Positions 28,246 through 36,767 of a DNA stretch of 53,502 nucleotides are shown here, in pieces. A program made the position numbers and the translations under genes. The notes under the pieces were generated by a model. The model saw only the letters and a program-made list of their open reading frames with translations, made no database searches and was not told the DNA's origin. Origin of the DNA: an uncultured Bacilli bacterium (lineage in GTDB: Bacteria; Bacillota_I; Bacilli_A; RF39; UBA660); NCBI GenBank assembly GCA_947586205.1, contig CANPXO010000003.1, positions 1-53,502 of the forward strand. Reading direction: 5' to 3'. Every line of letters starts with the position of its first letter. Position 1 is the stretch's first letter.

Positions 28246-29544
28246 TTATTTTTTATCAATACAAAAGATTGCATATAATGGAACAGATTTTATATCATTC
28301 TCAAATCCAAAATTTTTAGAAGAAATTCTAATGCTATACTTTGGATGATACTCTTTTATATATTCATTTAAACTTTTACTGTTTGTTCTTCTTCCACTTT
28401 TTACTTCTACTGGAATGATATCTCCATCAATCTTAATTAAAAAATCAATTTCATATCTACCAAATGTATAATAAAATAATTCTTTAAATTTTGAAGCAAA
28501 TTCACAAGCGACATAATTTTCTATTAACATTCCTTTAAACATCTCATTTTTATCCAATAATATTTCACTGTAATCCAAATTAGATAGAGACCTTAATAAT
28601 CCAACATCACTTAAATATAATTTAAATTTTTCAGTATTCGCAAATGCTTTTAATGGAGACTCATTTTTGTCTGCTAAATTACATTTGAATATCATATTAC
28701 TTGCTAGTAACCAATCCAAACTACTTTCATATCTAATTTTTCTAGCATCTTTATCTACTAAACTGTATTTAAAAACATTATTTTCTCTTGCGAGTTCTCT
28801 TGGCATCGCATTATAAATTTGAGCATTTTTAATTCCTTCACTATTCTCTGTATATTTACTCATATCAGCTAAATAGGAAGTAATAATTTGTTCTTGTAAT
28901 TCAAAATGAACATGAGCTATATTACAATCATTTTCAATAAAATTTTGTATCAAAGCTGGCATACCACCTAAAACTAAATATTTTTTATATAAATCCAAAG
29001 CTTTTTCATGAATAGGAGTTATTAAAGCTTCATTAGATTCATAATGAGTTCTAATTTCTTGAATGAGTTTTTCTTCCCCTAAAGCTATCAAATATTCTTC
29101 AAAATCCATAGGATATAAATATTTAATGGTTACTTTGCCAACAGGGAAAGAAGAATGAAACCGATTAATTTTTACTCCAAGTAAAGAACCTGCACAGATT
29201 ACTTTATAAGGTTTTTCACTTTCACAAAAATATTTTAAGGAAGTAATAGCTCTTTCACTCACTTGAATTTCATCTAAAAAAAGAACACTATCTTCTGGAG
29301 TAAAGACGATATTTTTTAAAATTTCTATTTTTTCTATAATTTTATCAGGGTCAATCGTTTCCTCAAAAACTTGTTTAATACGATCTTCCTTATCTAAATT
29401 AATATAGATATACTGCTTATAATTTTTTTTGCAAAACTCATCAAGAATATAAGTTTTTCCAGTTTGTCTTGCACCAACTAACATTAATGGCATTTTGAAA
29501 TTATTGTTCCATTCTTTTAAATTTTCTTCTATTTTTCTATACAT
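28246..29544 (-). CDS. AAA+ ATPase with C-terminal DUF4143 domain (COG1373-type), paralogue 1
   Basis: 432 aa. Walker A GARQTGKT, Walker B LFLDEIQ, and a C-terminal E.DF..... IPVEVKS block typical of DUF4143 proteins. Confidence 0.85.
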   Translation of the reverse strand: MYRKIEENLKEWNNNFKMPLMLVGARQTGKTYILDEFCKKNYKQYIYINLDKEDRIKQVFEETIDPDKIIEKIEILKNIVFTPEDSVLFLDEIQVSERAITSLKYFCESEKPYKVICAGSLLGVKINRFHSSFPVGKVTIKYLYPMDFEEYLIALGEEKLIQEIRTHYESNEALITPIHEKALDLYKKYLVLGGMPALIQNFIENDCNIAHVHFELQEQIITSYLADMSKYTENSEGIKNAQIYNAMPRELARENNVFKYSLVDKDARKIRYESSLDWLLASNMIFKCNLADKNESPLKAFANTEKFKLYLSDVGLLRSLSNLDYSEILLDKNEMFKGMLIENYVACEFASKFKELFYYTFGRYEIDFLIKIDGDIIPVEVKSGRRTNSKSLNEYIKEYHPKYSIRISSKNFGFENDIKSVPLYAIFCIDKK

Positions 29545-29566
29545 ATTAATTCACCTTCCAAACATT

Positions 29567-29595
29567 ATTATAGTGCTTTTTTGTAAAAAATGCAC
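29567..29595 (-). promoter_or_regulatory. putative promoter of DUF4143 ATPase 1
   Basis: The minus strand reads GTGCAT (29595-29590), 17 nt, TATAAT (29572-29567). ATPase 2 has the same architecture. Confidence 0.4.
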
Positions 29596-29733
29596 GTATT
29601 TTTTGATTATTTTCGTACTTTTTGTACGTTTTTAAAAAATATTTGAGCTTTAATTTGTTGTTTTTTTTCGCATTTTTCCCCTTTTTTGCGTATTTTTGCA
29701 ACAGTTTATATAAAAAAAGAAGTCATTTTTGAC

Positions 29734-29814
29734 TCACTTTGATTTAGACGCTACCACACAACAAGTAATATCTATAAGTAATATCAGAAATAAACCTAAT
29801 AAAACAAGCCACAT
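29734..29814 (-). CDS. possible 26-aa hydrophobic small protein (MWLVLLGLFLILLIDITCCVVASKSK)
   Basis: An ATG at 29814 lies 7 nt after AGGTGA. The product has one TM-like helix and a basic tail. The ORF is below the ORF-track cutoff and has no homology support. Confidence 0.25.
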   Translation of the reverse strand: MWLVLLGLFLILLIDITCCVVASKSK

Positions 29815-29885
29815 ATTTCCATCACCTAGTAATAGTATGTCCAAATTAGGTATAATTATTCTTATATTTGGTAATAATAACTAGT

Positions 29886-30335
29886 TTATATTTGCTTTTT
29901 AGAAAATAACAAGTAACTTATCATTCCAAAGAAACTTCCTAAAGAATCAATAGATACATCCCAAAAATTACCGGAACGATTCACGATAAAAATTTGATGA
30001 AATTCGTCTGTGAAAGCATAAAATACACAGAATAATAGGATGAAAAAGAGTTGCTTTTTATGTATACTCCTATATTGGTTCCACAAATTCATAGTAAGAA
30101 TCCCTAGAATCGCATACTCTGTAAAATGTGCAAGTTTACGAATCATAAAAGAGACTATTTCACTGGAAAGAGGAATATGAGTGAGACTCTCTAAAAACTC
30201 TATAAGTCCACCTGATAAATGAGAACTCTCTTCCCCACTTTGAGAAGAAAAACAAAAAATAAGAAGGAGCCAAAGAAGGAAAAAACTCCAAGCAAGAATC
30301 TTTTTCTTATTCATCTGGAGTTTCCAATACTTCAT
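29886..30335 (-). CDS. VanZ family membrane protein
   Basis: 149 aa. KLAHFTEYAILG and TDEFHQIFIVNRSGNFWDVSIDSLG are VanZ-like signatures. The start may be the Met at 30314, which overlaps the LCP stop (ATGAATAA). Confidence 0.85.
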   Translation of the reverse strand: MKYWKLQMNKKKILAWSFFLLWLLLIFCFSSQSGEESSHLSGGLIEFLESLTHIPLSSEIVSFMIRKLAHFTEYAILGILTMNLWNQYRSIHKKQLFFILLFCVFYAFTDEFHQIFIVNRSGNFWDVSIDSLGSFFGMISYLLFSKKQI

Positions 30336-31770
30336 TTAATTTTTGAATAGCAGCCTCGACAGTTTCCATGTTTGGCTCCATAACATATAAGTTCTGTCCA
30401 GGATAACTATACGTAGGTAAGTTTGCTCCTGTTCCATCCACATTCGCGGTCTCCATCGTCCATGATGCCATGTCATTAATTTGCATCTTCACTAAATTGG
30501 TGATTTCTTCTGAGGATAAACTTGTTTCAAATGTTCCTTCTAAAGCATTTAAAATTTGATTATAGTTTGCAATTAAGGTTGATGAACTTGTGACTTTATT
30601 AATAATAAGTTGCATGACTTGTTCTTGGTTTTCTCCACGATGACGATCTCCCGTATCATACGCATAACGTTCTCTTGCAAAGGCAAGAGCACATCTTCCA
30701 CCAACAGAATTATATCCAGGATAGAATGTACAGCCACTATCAGTCCAACATCTAAAAGAATAATTAACGTCAGAATAAATATTTACTCCACCTATGGCAT
30801 CTACAAGTTTTACAACAGCATTAAAGTTTACTCTTACATAATATGGAATTTCAATTTCAAGTAAATCTTCAATCGTACTCATAGAGGCTTCAATTCCTCC
30901 AATGGTTCCTGCATGAGTGAGTTTATCAGGAAGTCCAGTCGTTCCATGAATCTGTACATAATAATCTCTTGGAATATGAATCATTAAGATTTTTTTCTTA
31001 GTTGGATTAATCGCTAATATAATATTCACGTCACTTAAACTTCTTGATGGTAAATAATTACTTCTTGTATCAATTCCACTTAAATAAACTACAAATGGAT
31101 CTTTCGTCACATCTAAATTTGTATCTTCTTGTTCAATTTTCACTTTAATTTCAATCGTATCTAAAACTCGAACTGCACTTTCAAAGTCTTTGTCATTTTC
31201 TACCATCGCATCATAATTTCCTGAGTTTACGACTAAAACCATTTCTGTATCTGTTTTTATTTGTGTTAATAATTCTACAATATTTTCTTGATATTCAATG
31301 GCTCCATTTAATTTTTCATGAACATTTTTTTCAAATAAATCTAAATCTTCAAAGTCTTTGACAGTTTGAATACTTTTGTCTTTTATATCATTTATAGATT
31401 GATAAGATGATTTGGCATTTACGACTACATTATAAATATTAACAGAATATTTTGCTTGAATTTTACCTAGAAATGATAAGACATCATTAATCTTAAAGAC
31501 TGCAAAAAGTTCTATTCCAATAAATAGTATACTAATGATACTTACCGTAATTTTCATCCATGACTTTATATTTTTCTTCATTACAATTAAACCATGAATT
31601 GCTAAAAATAAAACAAGGATAATCACTACTAATATAAAGTATTTCATTGGAAGCACATTTGCTTTAAAAATAAAATACCCCAATATAATCATCATAATAA
31701 TAGATAATACCCATAAAATACGAGTTATTAAATTTATATTTTTCTTTCTATTTTTTTGTTTTCTTGCCAT
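30307..31770 (-). CDS. LCP (LytR-CpsA-Psr) family glycopolymer ligase, paralogue 1
   Basis: 487 aa. N-terminal TM helices and an LCP core (SDVNIILAINPTKKKILMIHIPRDYYV, RERYAYDTGDRHRGENQ). Confidence 0.9.
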   Translation of the reverse strand: MARKQKNRKKNINLITRILWVLSIIMMIILGYFIFKANVLPMKYFILVVIILVLFLAIHGLIVMKKNIKSWMKITVSIISILFIGIELFAVFKINDVLSFLGKIQAKYSVNIYNVVVNAKSSYQSINDIKDKSIQTVKDFEDLDLFEKNVHEKLNGAIEYQENIVELLTQIKTDTEMVLVVNSGNYDAMVENDKDFESAVRVLDTIEIKVKIEQEDTNLDVTKDPFVVYLSGIDTRSNYLPSRSLSDVNIILAINPTKKKILMIHIPRDYYVQIHGTTGLPDKLTHAGTIGGIEASMSTIEDLLEIEIPYYVRVNFNAVVKLVDAIGGVNIYSDVNYSFRCWTDSGCTFYPGYNSVGGRCALAFARERYAYDTGDRHRGENQEQVMQLIINKVTSSSTLIANYNQILNALEGTFETSLSSEEITNLVKMQINDMASWTMETANVDGTGANLPTYSYPGQNLYVMEPNMETVEAAIQKLNEVLETPDE

Positions 31771-31849
31771 ATATTTGGTTACCTCTTTTCACTACCTTTT
31801 AAAGTATAACATACTTTCGACACATTTTGGAAAAAAGTTATTGTCTACT

Positions 31850-32629
31850 TTACACAGTAACCTTTGATATTTCTTCTACATTTATAATCATAAAATTCTT
31901 CTTTAGTTTTAGTTTAAGTATTTCCATAGTTCTACTCAAATTATAATCTAACACAATAAAAGGAAACATAGATAATACAAAAATTTCATTTTTTTCTTTT
32001 TTTCTTTCTAATTGTACCTCTAATACTTTTTTGTGGTCTATTTGTTTTTGATTTGTGATATATATTGCTTTATTATAATTTTGCATAATAATAAAACATA
32101 ATTCACGATTAGTCATTAAATTTTTCTTTAAACATGTTGCCTCATATACCATTTTTTTATATTTTTTTCCATTTAAATTTGTAATATCTACAACTCTATC
32201 ATTATAATTATTATCAGGTAACTTTTCTAAATGATAATAAGATTCCACCATAGGATAATTAATATACAACTTGCCAAGTTCTGTCTCGTTATTAAATAAT
32301 TCTAATAATTGTTTTATTTTTTCATCTGAATATTTATGATCTTGAACCTCAAAATCAAAAACCAAATAAATTGCACTAAAAGCATTTTTAGATAAAACAT
32401 TTTTTGGAAGTTGCAAACCTTTTTCATATCTTAAATAAGACACAATATCGTCATATTTTCCTTTTTGGTATGCATCATATAATTCATAAATAGGATTGGC
32501 AAATGAAACAATTTCATATTCTGCTCCTATTAACGATAAAAGTCCATGACTAGCTTTTCCTAATATTCTTAGTTCCTCTTTTTCTCCTTCAACAATCAAT
32601 AAAATCTTACTCTTCAAATTCTCCTCCAA
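31850..32629 (-). CDS. RloB-like (Toprim-like) protein, partner of the upstream ATPase
   Basis: 259 aa. N-terminal ILLIVEGEKEE (EGxxE), AIYLVFDFEVQD, and LYINYPMVESYYHL parallel the RloB blocks (ivcEGekTE / vvfDrD / SNPcFElWlllH). It overlaps the ATPase gene by 23 nt. Confidence 0.6.
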   Translation of the reverse strand: MEENLKSKILLIVEGEKEELRILGKASHGLLSLIGAEYEIVSFANPIYELYDAYQKGKYDDIVSYLRYEKGLQLPKNVLSKNAFSAIYLVFDFEVQDHKYSDEKIKQLLELFNNETELGKLYINYPMVESYYHLEKLPDNNYNDRVVDITNLNGKKYKKMVYEATCLKKNLMTNRELCFIIMQNYNKAIYITNQKQIDHKKVLEVQLERKKEKNEIFVLSMFPFIVLDYNLSRTMEILKLKLKKNFMIINVEEISKVTV

Positions 32630-33707
32630 GCATCATCTTTTCTAAATTATGCATTTGTCTAATTGTTTTCGTAGTTCTATCCGCAAAACTTTTGACTTTT
32701 CCATTTTTTAAAATAGCATAGCAATCAGGTCGCATAAGTTCATTATCGATTAAATATGTATTATGTGATGTTAATACAGATTGAAATTCTTTTCTTTGAT
32801 TAATATAGTTCAAAATATATGTTGATAATTCATAATGATAAAAAGCATCAAATTCATCTAAATAAATAAATGAAATATTATTTGTTCGGTTCATCCAATA
32901 GAAAAACAACCATAATGTTTTCGTTCCAGTTGATGCCACTAAGCTGAACAAAGCTTCATAATTTTTATATTTGACTCCAATAACCTTTTTTCCACCATCA
33001 TTCATTTCACATAAATGATAATTTTGTCCACAATCATGTAAAAACTTTTCAAAGGAAGAAAGAAGTCTATTATTGATAATAAAATCATTTAAATCTTCCC
33101 CATTGGACATGACACCCATAAATTCATTATTTCTTAAACTTCTGAACCATAACATATTATTTACAAATTCCATAAGTAATTTGACTGAGCTATCTTCTTT
33201 CCAATAAAGTGTATTTAAATAAATAAACTTTAATACCGACATTTCTGTATTGTTTCTTTTAGAAATATCAATCGTTTGAGCTTCCTCAATGTTATTATCA
33301 AATTTATTTGTTACATAATTATATCGAAAAAGTAAATTTCCTTCTTCTCTTAATTCTTCTGATAACAACTTCATTGTAGGATCTTTTTTATAAGTATATT
33401 TGATATTTTTATCTTGAATCAAAAATTCATACTCAAATTCAACTGTATCATCAGTATAATCTCCATTTAAATAATAGGCATATAATACATTGTCTTTTAC
33501 ATAATCAGTTAGATGTGTAGTGACATCCATAATAGCTGCACCTAAGTTGCTTTTTCCTGAATTATTTGGACCATATATCATCATTTTATTAACTAAATGA
33601 TTTTTAATCAAATGTTCATTAAACTCATACTCTTTCACTCTTGAAAAATCTAATGTTAACTTTTCTTTAAAATTTTTAAAATTTTTGACACTAAATTTCT
33701 TTATCAT
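32607..33707 (-). CDS. ABC-type AAA_15/21-like ATPase (RloA/AbiLi/AriA-like)
   Basis: 366 aa. Walker A GPNNSGKSN, signature-like ASTGTKT, Walker B FIYLDEFD, and H-loop TSHN. Confidence 0.8.
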   Translation of the reverse strand: MIKKFSVKNFKNFKEKLTLDFSRVKEYEFNEHLIKNHLVNKMMIYGPNNSGKSNLGAAIMDVTTHLTDYVKDNVLYAYYLNGDYTDDTVEFEYEFLIQDKNIKYTYKKDPTMKLLSEELREEGNLLFRYNYVTNKFDNNIEEAQTIDISKRNNTEMSVLKFIYLNTLYWKEDSSVKLLMEFVNNMLWFRSLRNNEFMGVMSNGEDLNDFIINNRLLSSFEKFLHDCGQNYHLCEMNDGGKKVIGVKYKNYEALFSLVASTGTKTLWLFFYWMNRTNNISFIYLDEFDAFYHYELSTYILNYINQRKEFQSVLTSHNTYLIDNELMRPDCYAILKNGKVKSFADRTTKTIRQMHNLEKMMLGGEFEE

Positions 33708-33725
33708 TTTCCCTCACCTACTATT

Positions 33726-33754
33726 AGTATACATCAAATGTATATTTTTTACAA
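33726..33754 (-). promoter_or_regulatory. putative sigma-A promoter of the ATPase/RloB-like pair
   Basis: The minus strand reads TTGTAA (33754-33749), 17 nt, TATACT (33731-33726), then the RBS AGGTGAGGG before the ATG at 33707. Confidence 0.45.
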
Positions 33755-33785
33755 CACCCAATGTATTTTTTTTACCACATAAATT

Positions 33786-35240
33786 TTAACTTTCATTAAC
33801 AATTTCATTCATTTTTGAAACCGCACTTGCCACACTATCCATATCTGGAATCATAACATAATCAACAAAATTTGTTAAATGAACACTTCCTTGTGAATCA
33901 CTTCCAGTCACGGATTGTTGTTCATATTGCCAGTTAGGTCTTTCAATCGTATCTCGAACGAATTCAGTGGCTAAATCTTTAGGTATATTTGTTGTATATA
34001 AATCACTCACAGACTCTAAAATTTCAAAATAATGAACTAAATTACTTGCTTGAATCATTTTATCTATAATATGAATCATGATTTGTTGACAATTCTTTTG
34101 TCTTTGCCTATCTCCTTCAGGAAATGCTTTTCTCTCTCTTGCAATGGTTAAAATTTCAATTCCTGAGTAATTTCGACATCCTGCTGATACATGCAACTTT
34201 TCCCCTTGATTGTCGTCATACGTTCCCATGACGAGAGCATGAGTAGTTATAAAAGAATGATCAGAACAAAATTCTACTCCACCTAGAGTATCTACAAGTC
34301 CGACTAAACCTTGAGTATTAATTTTAATATAATAATCAATATTGATACCATATAACTTTTCTAAAGATTGCATCGAAGTTTGAATTCCCCATACCCCTGC
34401 ATATCCAAGGATATCTTTTGCGCCATTCTTACCCGCTAATTCAATATAATAATCTCTTGGAGTACTGGTAAGTAAGATTTTATGAGTTTTTTTATTCACC
34501 GTTAGAATCAAATTAAAATCCGTATACATTTCCGTAAAATCAGTCCCACCAATATAAACATGAAAAGAATCAGCATCAGGATTTGTATCATCTAACTGTT
34601 CCTTAACAGTCACATCAAAACTATAAAGAATTTCATATAAATCCGAATGAAAATCAGTATCATATTCTAAGAAAAATAAATAGACCGTTTTTTCAACAAT
34701 AACTGCAGATACTTCTTCTTTTCTTAAAGCATCAAAAGAAACCGTAAAATCATTATATTTAATATTTTCCGTTTCTATCATTTTATTTAACGTATCAAAA
34801 ACTGTATCAATATTTGGAATATAATCATAATAGCCAAGTTTATGCCCATTAATTTCTTGAATATCATGATATTTTTGCTTTAATGTTACCACATAATAAG
34901 TATTTGTATGAGTTCCTACTTCTGGTTCAAACAACTTATTTAATAAACCATTGGTTTTATCGGCAAAATAAATAATCAAAATATTAAGAAGTACAAATAT
35001 TATAGATAATACATAACCAACATAATGAACTTTTTTATTCTTATGCTTTAATAATAGACAATTCCCTACCCATAATAAAAGCAGTACTAAAAGGATACAA
35101 ATCATATAAACAAGAGGAATAATATTTAATTTATTTAAAAACAAAAACAATAATAAAATAAATAGTAATGTAATACTAGAAAACACAAAAAATGGTATTC
35201 CAAATTTCTTCTTTAATTTCATATAGTTCAACTCCGACAC
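33786..35240 (-). CDS. LCP (LytR-CpsA-Psr) family glycopolymer ligase, paralogue 2
   Basis: 484 aa. TM N-terminus and an LCP core (ILLTSTPRDYYI, RERKAFPEGDRQRQKNQ). By eye it is roughly 40% identical to paralogue 1. Confidence 0.9.
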   Translation of the reverse strand: MSELNYMKLKKKFGIPFFVFSSITLLFILLLFLFLNKLNIIPLVYMICILLVLLLLWVGNCLLLKHKNKKVHYVGYVLSIIFVLLNILIIYFADKTNGLLNKLFEPEVGTHTNTYYVVTLKQKYHDIQEINGHKLGYYDYIPNIDTVFDTLNKMIETENIKYNDFTVSFDALRKEEVSAVIVEKTVYLFFLEYDTDFHSDLYEILYSFDVTVKEQLDDTNPDADSFHVYIGGTDFTEMYTDFNLILTVNKKTHKILLTSTPRDYYIELAGKNGAKDILGYAGVWGIQTSMQSLEKLYGINIDYYIKINTQGLVGLVDTLGGVEFCSDHSFITTHALVMGTYDDNQGEKLHVSAGCRNYSGIEILTIARERKAFPEGDRQRQKNCQQIMIHIIDKMIQASNLVHYFEILESVSDLYTTNIPKDLATEFVRDTIERPNWQYEQQSVTGSDSQGSVHLTNFVDYVMIPDMDSVASAVSKMNEIVNES

Positions 35241-35280
35241 TAGATTTTGAGTATAACATGAATGACTATCTCGTTCAAGT

Positions 35281-36600
35281 TCACTTTATTAAATTTTTAA
35301 TCAAGAATGTTGCATACAAAGGAATTGATTTTATTTTTGTTTCTGGATTGTATCCAAAATCTTTTAAACTAATCCGAATCATATACTTTGGATGATACAA
35401 CTCATCATAAACTTTTAAACTTTTGGATTGAGTATGTTCTTCGGCTTTTACTTCAATAGGAATAATACCATCATCTTTGGTTGTAATTAAAAAATCAACT
35501 TCAGAATCTCTATTACCTTTCCAATACAATAAATCAACACCATTTGCTTTTAATTGATTTGCCACATAATTTTCAGTAATAATTCCTTTATACATTGTCA
35601 TATCATCAAGCATAACTGTTTTAATATCATTATTCACTAATCGATTAAAAATACCAACATCTGAATAGTAAACTTTAAATACATCATTATCGACAAAGCC
35701 TAATAATGGCTTTTCTGGCAATTTCACACATTGACAAAGCTGTACCATATTACTTTCTACAAGCCAATTAAGTGGTAACGAATATTCCCTTGATTTTGCA
35801 CTAGAATCAATAACCGAATATTGAAATTTTTTAGAAGCATTTTGTAATTGAGACGATAAGGAATTATATATGTTTCTAATTTTCAATGTTTCACTAGCAT
35901 TAGCAATATGATGATTCATATCATTTTTATAATCTTCTATAATATTATTGAGTTTAGACAAATCATAATGATAGTAATCATCTCCACAATCTATCATTGT
36001 TTTTACACTTTCAGGCATTCCACCTGATAATAAATATTTTCTGTAATAATCTATTGCCTTATTATGAAGTATTCCCATAGAACTATTGTTTTTGAAACAA
36101 TCCTTTATTTTATCTAAAAGTGGTTGTTGTTCAAAAGCAATTAAAAATTCTTCAAAGTCCATAGGATACATATATAATCTAGTAACTTTTCCAACTGGAA
36201 AAGGCTTGTTTAATCTTGCTAACTTAACTCCTAATAAAGACCCAGCACCTATAATTCTCACATTACTATGTTTTTCTTGAAAAAATTTCAAATCGGATAT
36301 AAGTTCTTCACTTTCTTGAATTTCATCAATAAATAAAATACTATCTTCTTGTTCAAAATCAAAATCCAATAATGCTTTTAAATCATTATACTTTTTTTCG
36401 GATGGTTCGTCTGTGGCATACAATTTAACAACATCTACATCATATAATAAATTTATTTTTCTATAATTTTTAAATTCATTCCTACAAAACTCATCAATAA
36501 TATATGTTTTTCCACATTGTCTTACTCCCAAGATAATCAAAGGTTTAAAAGACTTAGTATTTTTCCATTCCATGAACTGCTCATAAATTTTTCTTTTCAT
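35281..36600 (-). CDS. AAA+ ATPase with C-terminal DUF4143 domain (COG1373-type), paralogue 2
   Basis: 439 aa. Walker A GVRQCGKT, Walker B LFIDEIQ, and a C-terminal EVDFL...IPIEVKA block. It is collinear with paralogue 1. Confidence 0.85.
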   Translation of the reverse strand: MKRKIYEQFMEWKNTKSFKPLIILGVRQCGKTYIIDEFCRNEFKNYRKINLLYDVDVVKLYATDEPSEKKYNDLKALLDFDFEQEDSILFIDEIQESEELISDLKFFQEKHSNVRIIGAGSLLGVKLARLNKPFPVGKVTRLYMYPMDFEEFLIAFEQQPLLDKIKDCFKNNSSMGILHNKAIDYYRKYLLSGGMPESVKTMIDCGDDYYHYDLSKLNNIIEDYKNDMNHHIANASETLKIRNIYNSLSSQLQNASKKFQYSVIDSSAKSREYSLPLNWLVESNMVQLCQCVKLPEKPLLGFVDNDVFKVYYSDVGIFNRLVNNDIKTVMLDDMTMYKGIITENYVANQLKANGVDLLYWKGNRDSEVDFLITTKDDGIIPIEVKAEEHTQSKSLKVYDELYHPKYMIRISLKDFGYNPETKIKSIPLYATFLIKNLIK

Positions 36601-36627
36601 TATTAATCAACTCCTGTGAACATTTTA

Positions 36628-36656
36628 ATTATAACATGCATTACACCTTTTTGCAC
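36628..36656 (-). promoter_or_regulatory. putative promoter of DUF4143 ATPase 2
   Basis: The minus strand reads GTGCAA (36656-36651), 17 nt, TATAAT (36633-36628). The -35 element lies inside the first tandem repeat unit. Confidence 0.4.
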
Positions 36657-36738
36657 CCACTTTTTGATGAAATTTACACCTTTTTGCACCCACTTTTTGA
36701 TGAAATTTACACCTTTTTGCACTCACTTTTTAGAAAAT
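36641..36738. repeat. 33-bp tandem repeat, 2 perfect copies plus 1 diverged copy
   Basis: The unit is TTACACCTTTTTGCACCCACTTTTTGATGAAAT, at 36641-36673 and 36674-36706. A diverged third copy is at 36707-36738. Confidence 0.9.
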
Positions 36739-36767
36739 GCCCATTTTTTGGATTTTATTGAAAAGAT

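Noticed and set aside
36641-36738. Possible CRISPR array (33-bp repeats)
   Set aside because: The copies are directly head-to-tail with no spacers. There are only about 3 units and no cas genes, so this is a simple tandem repeat.
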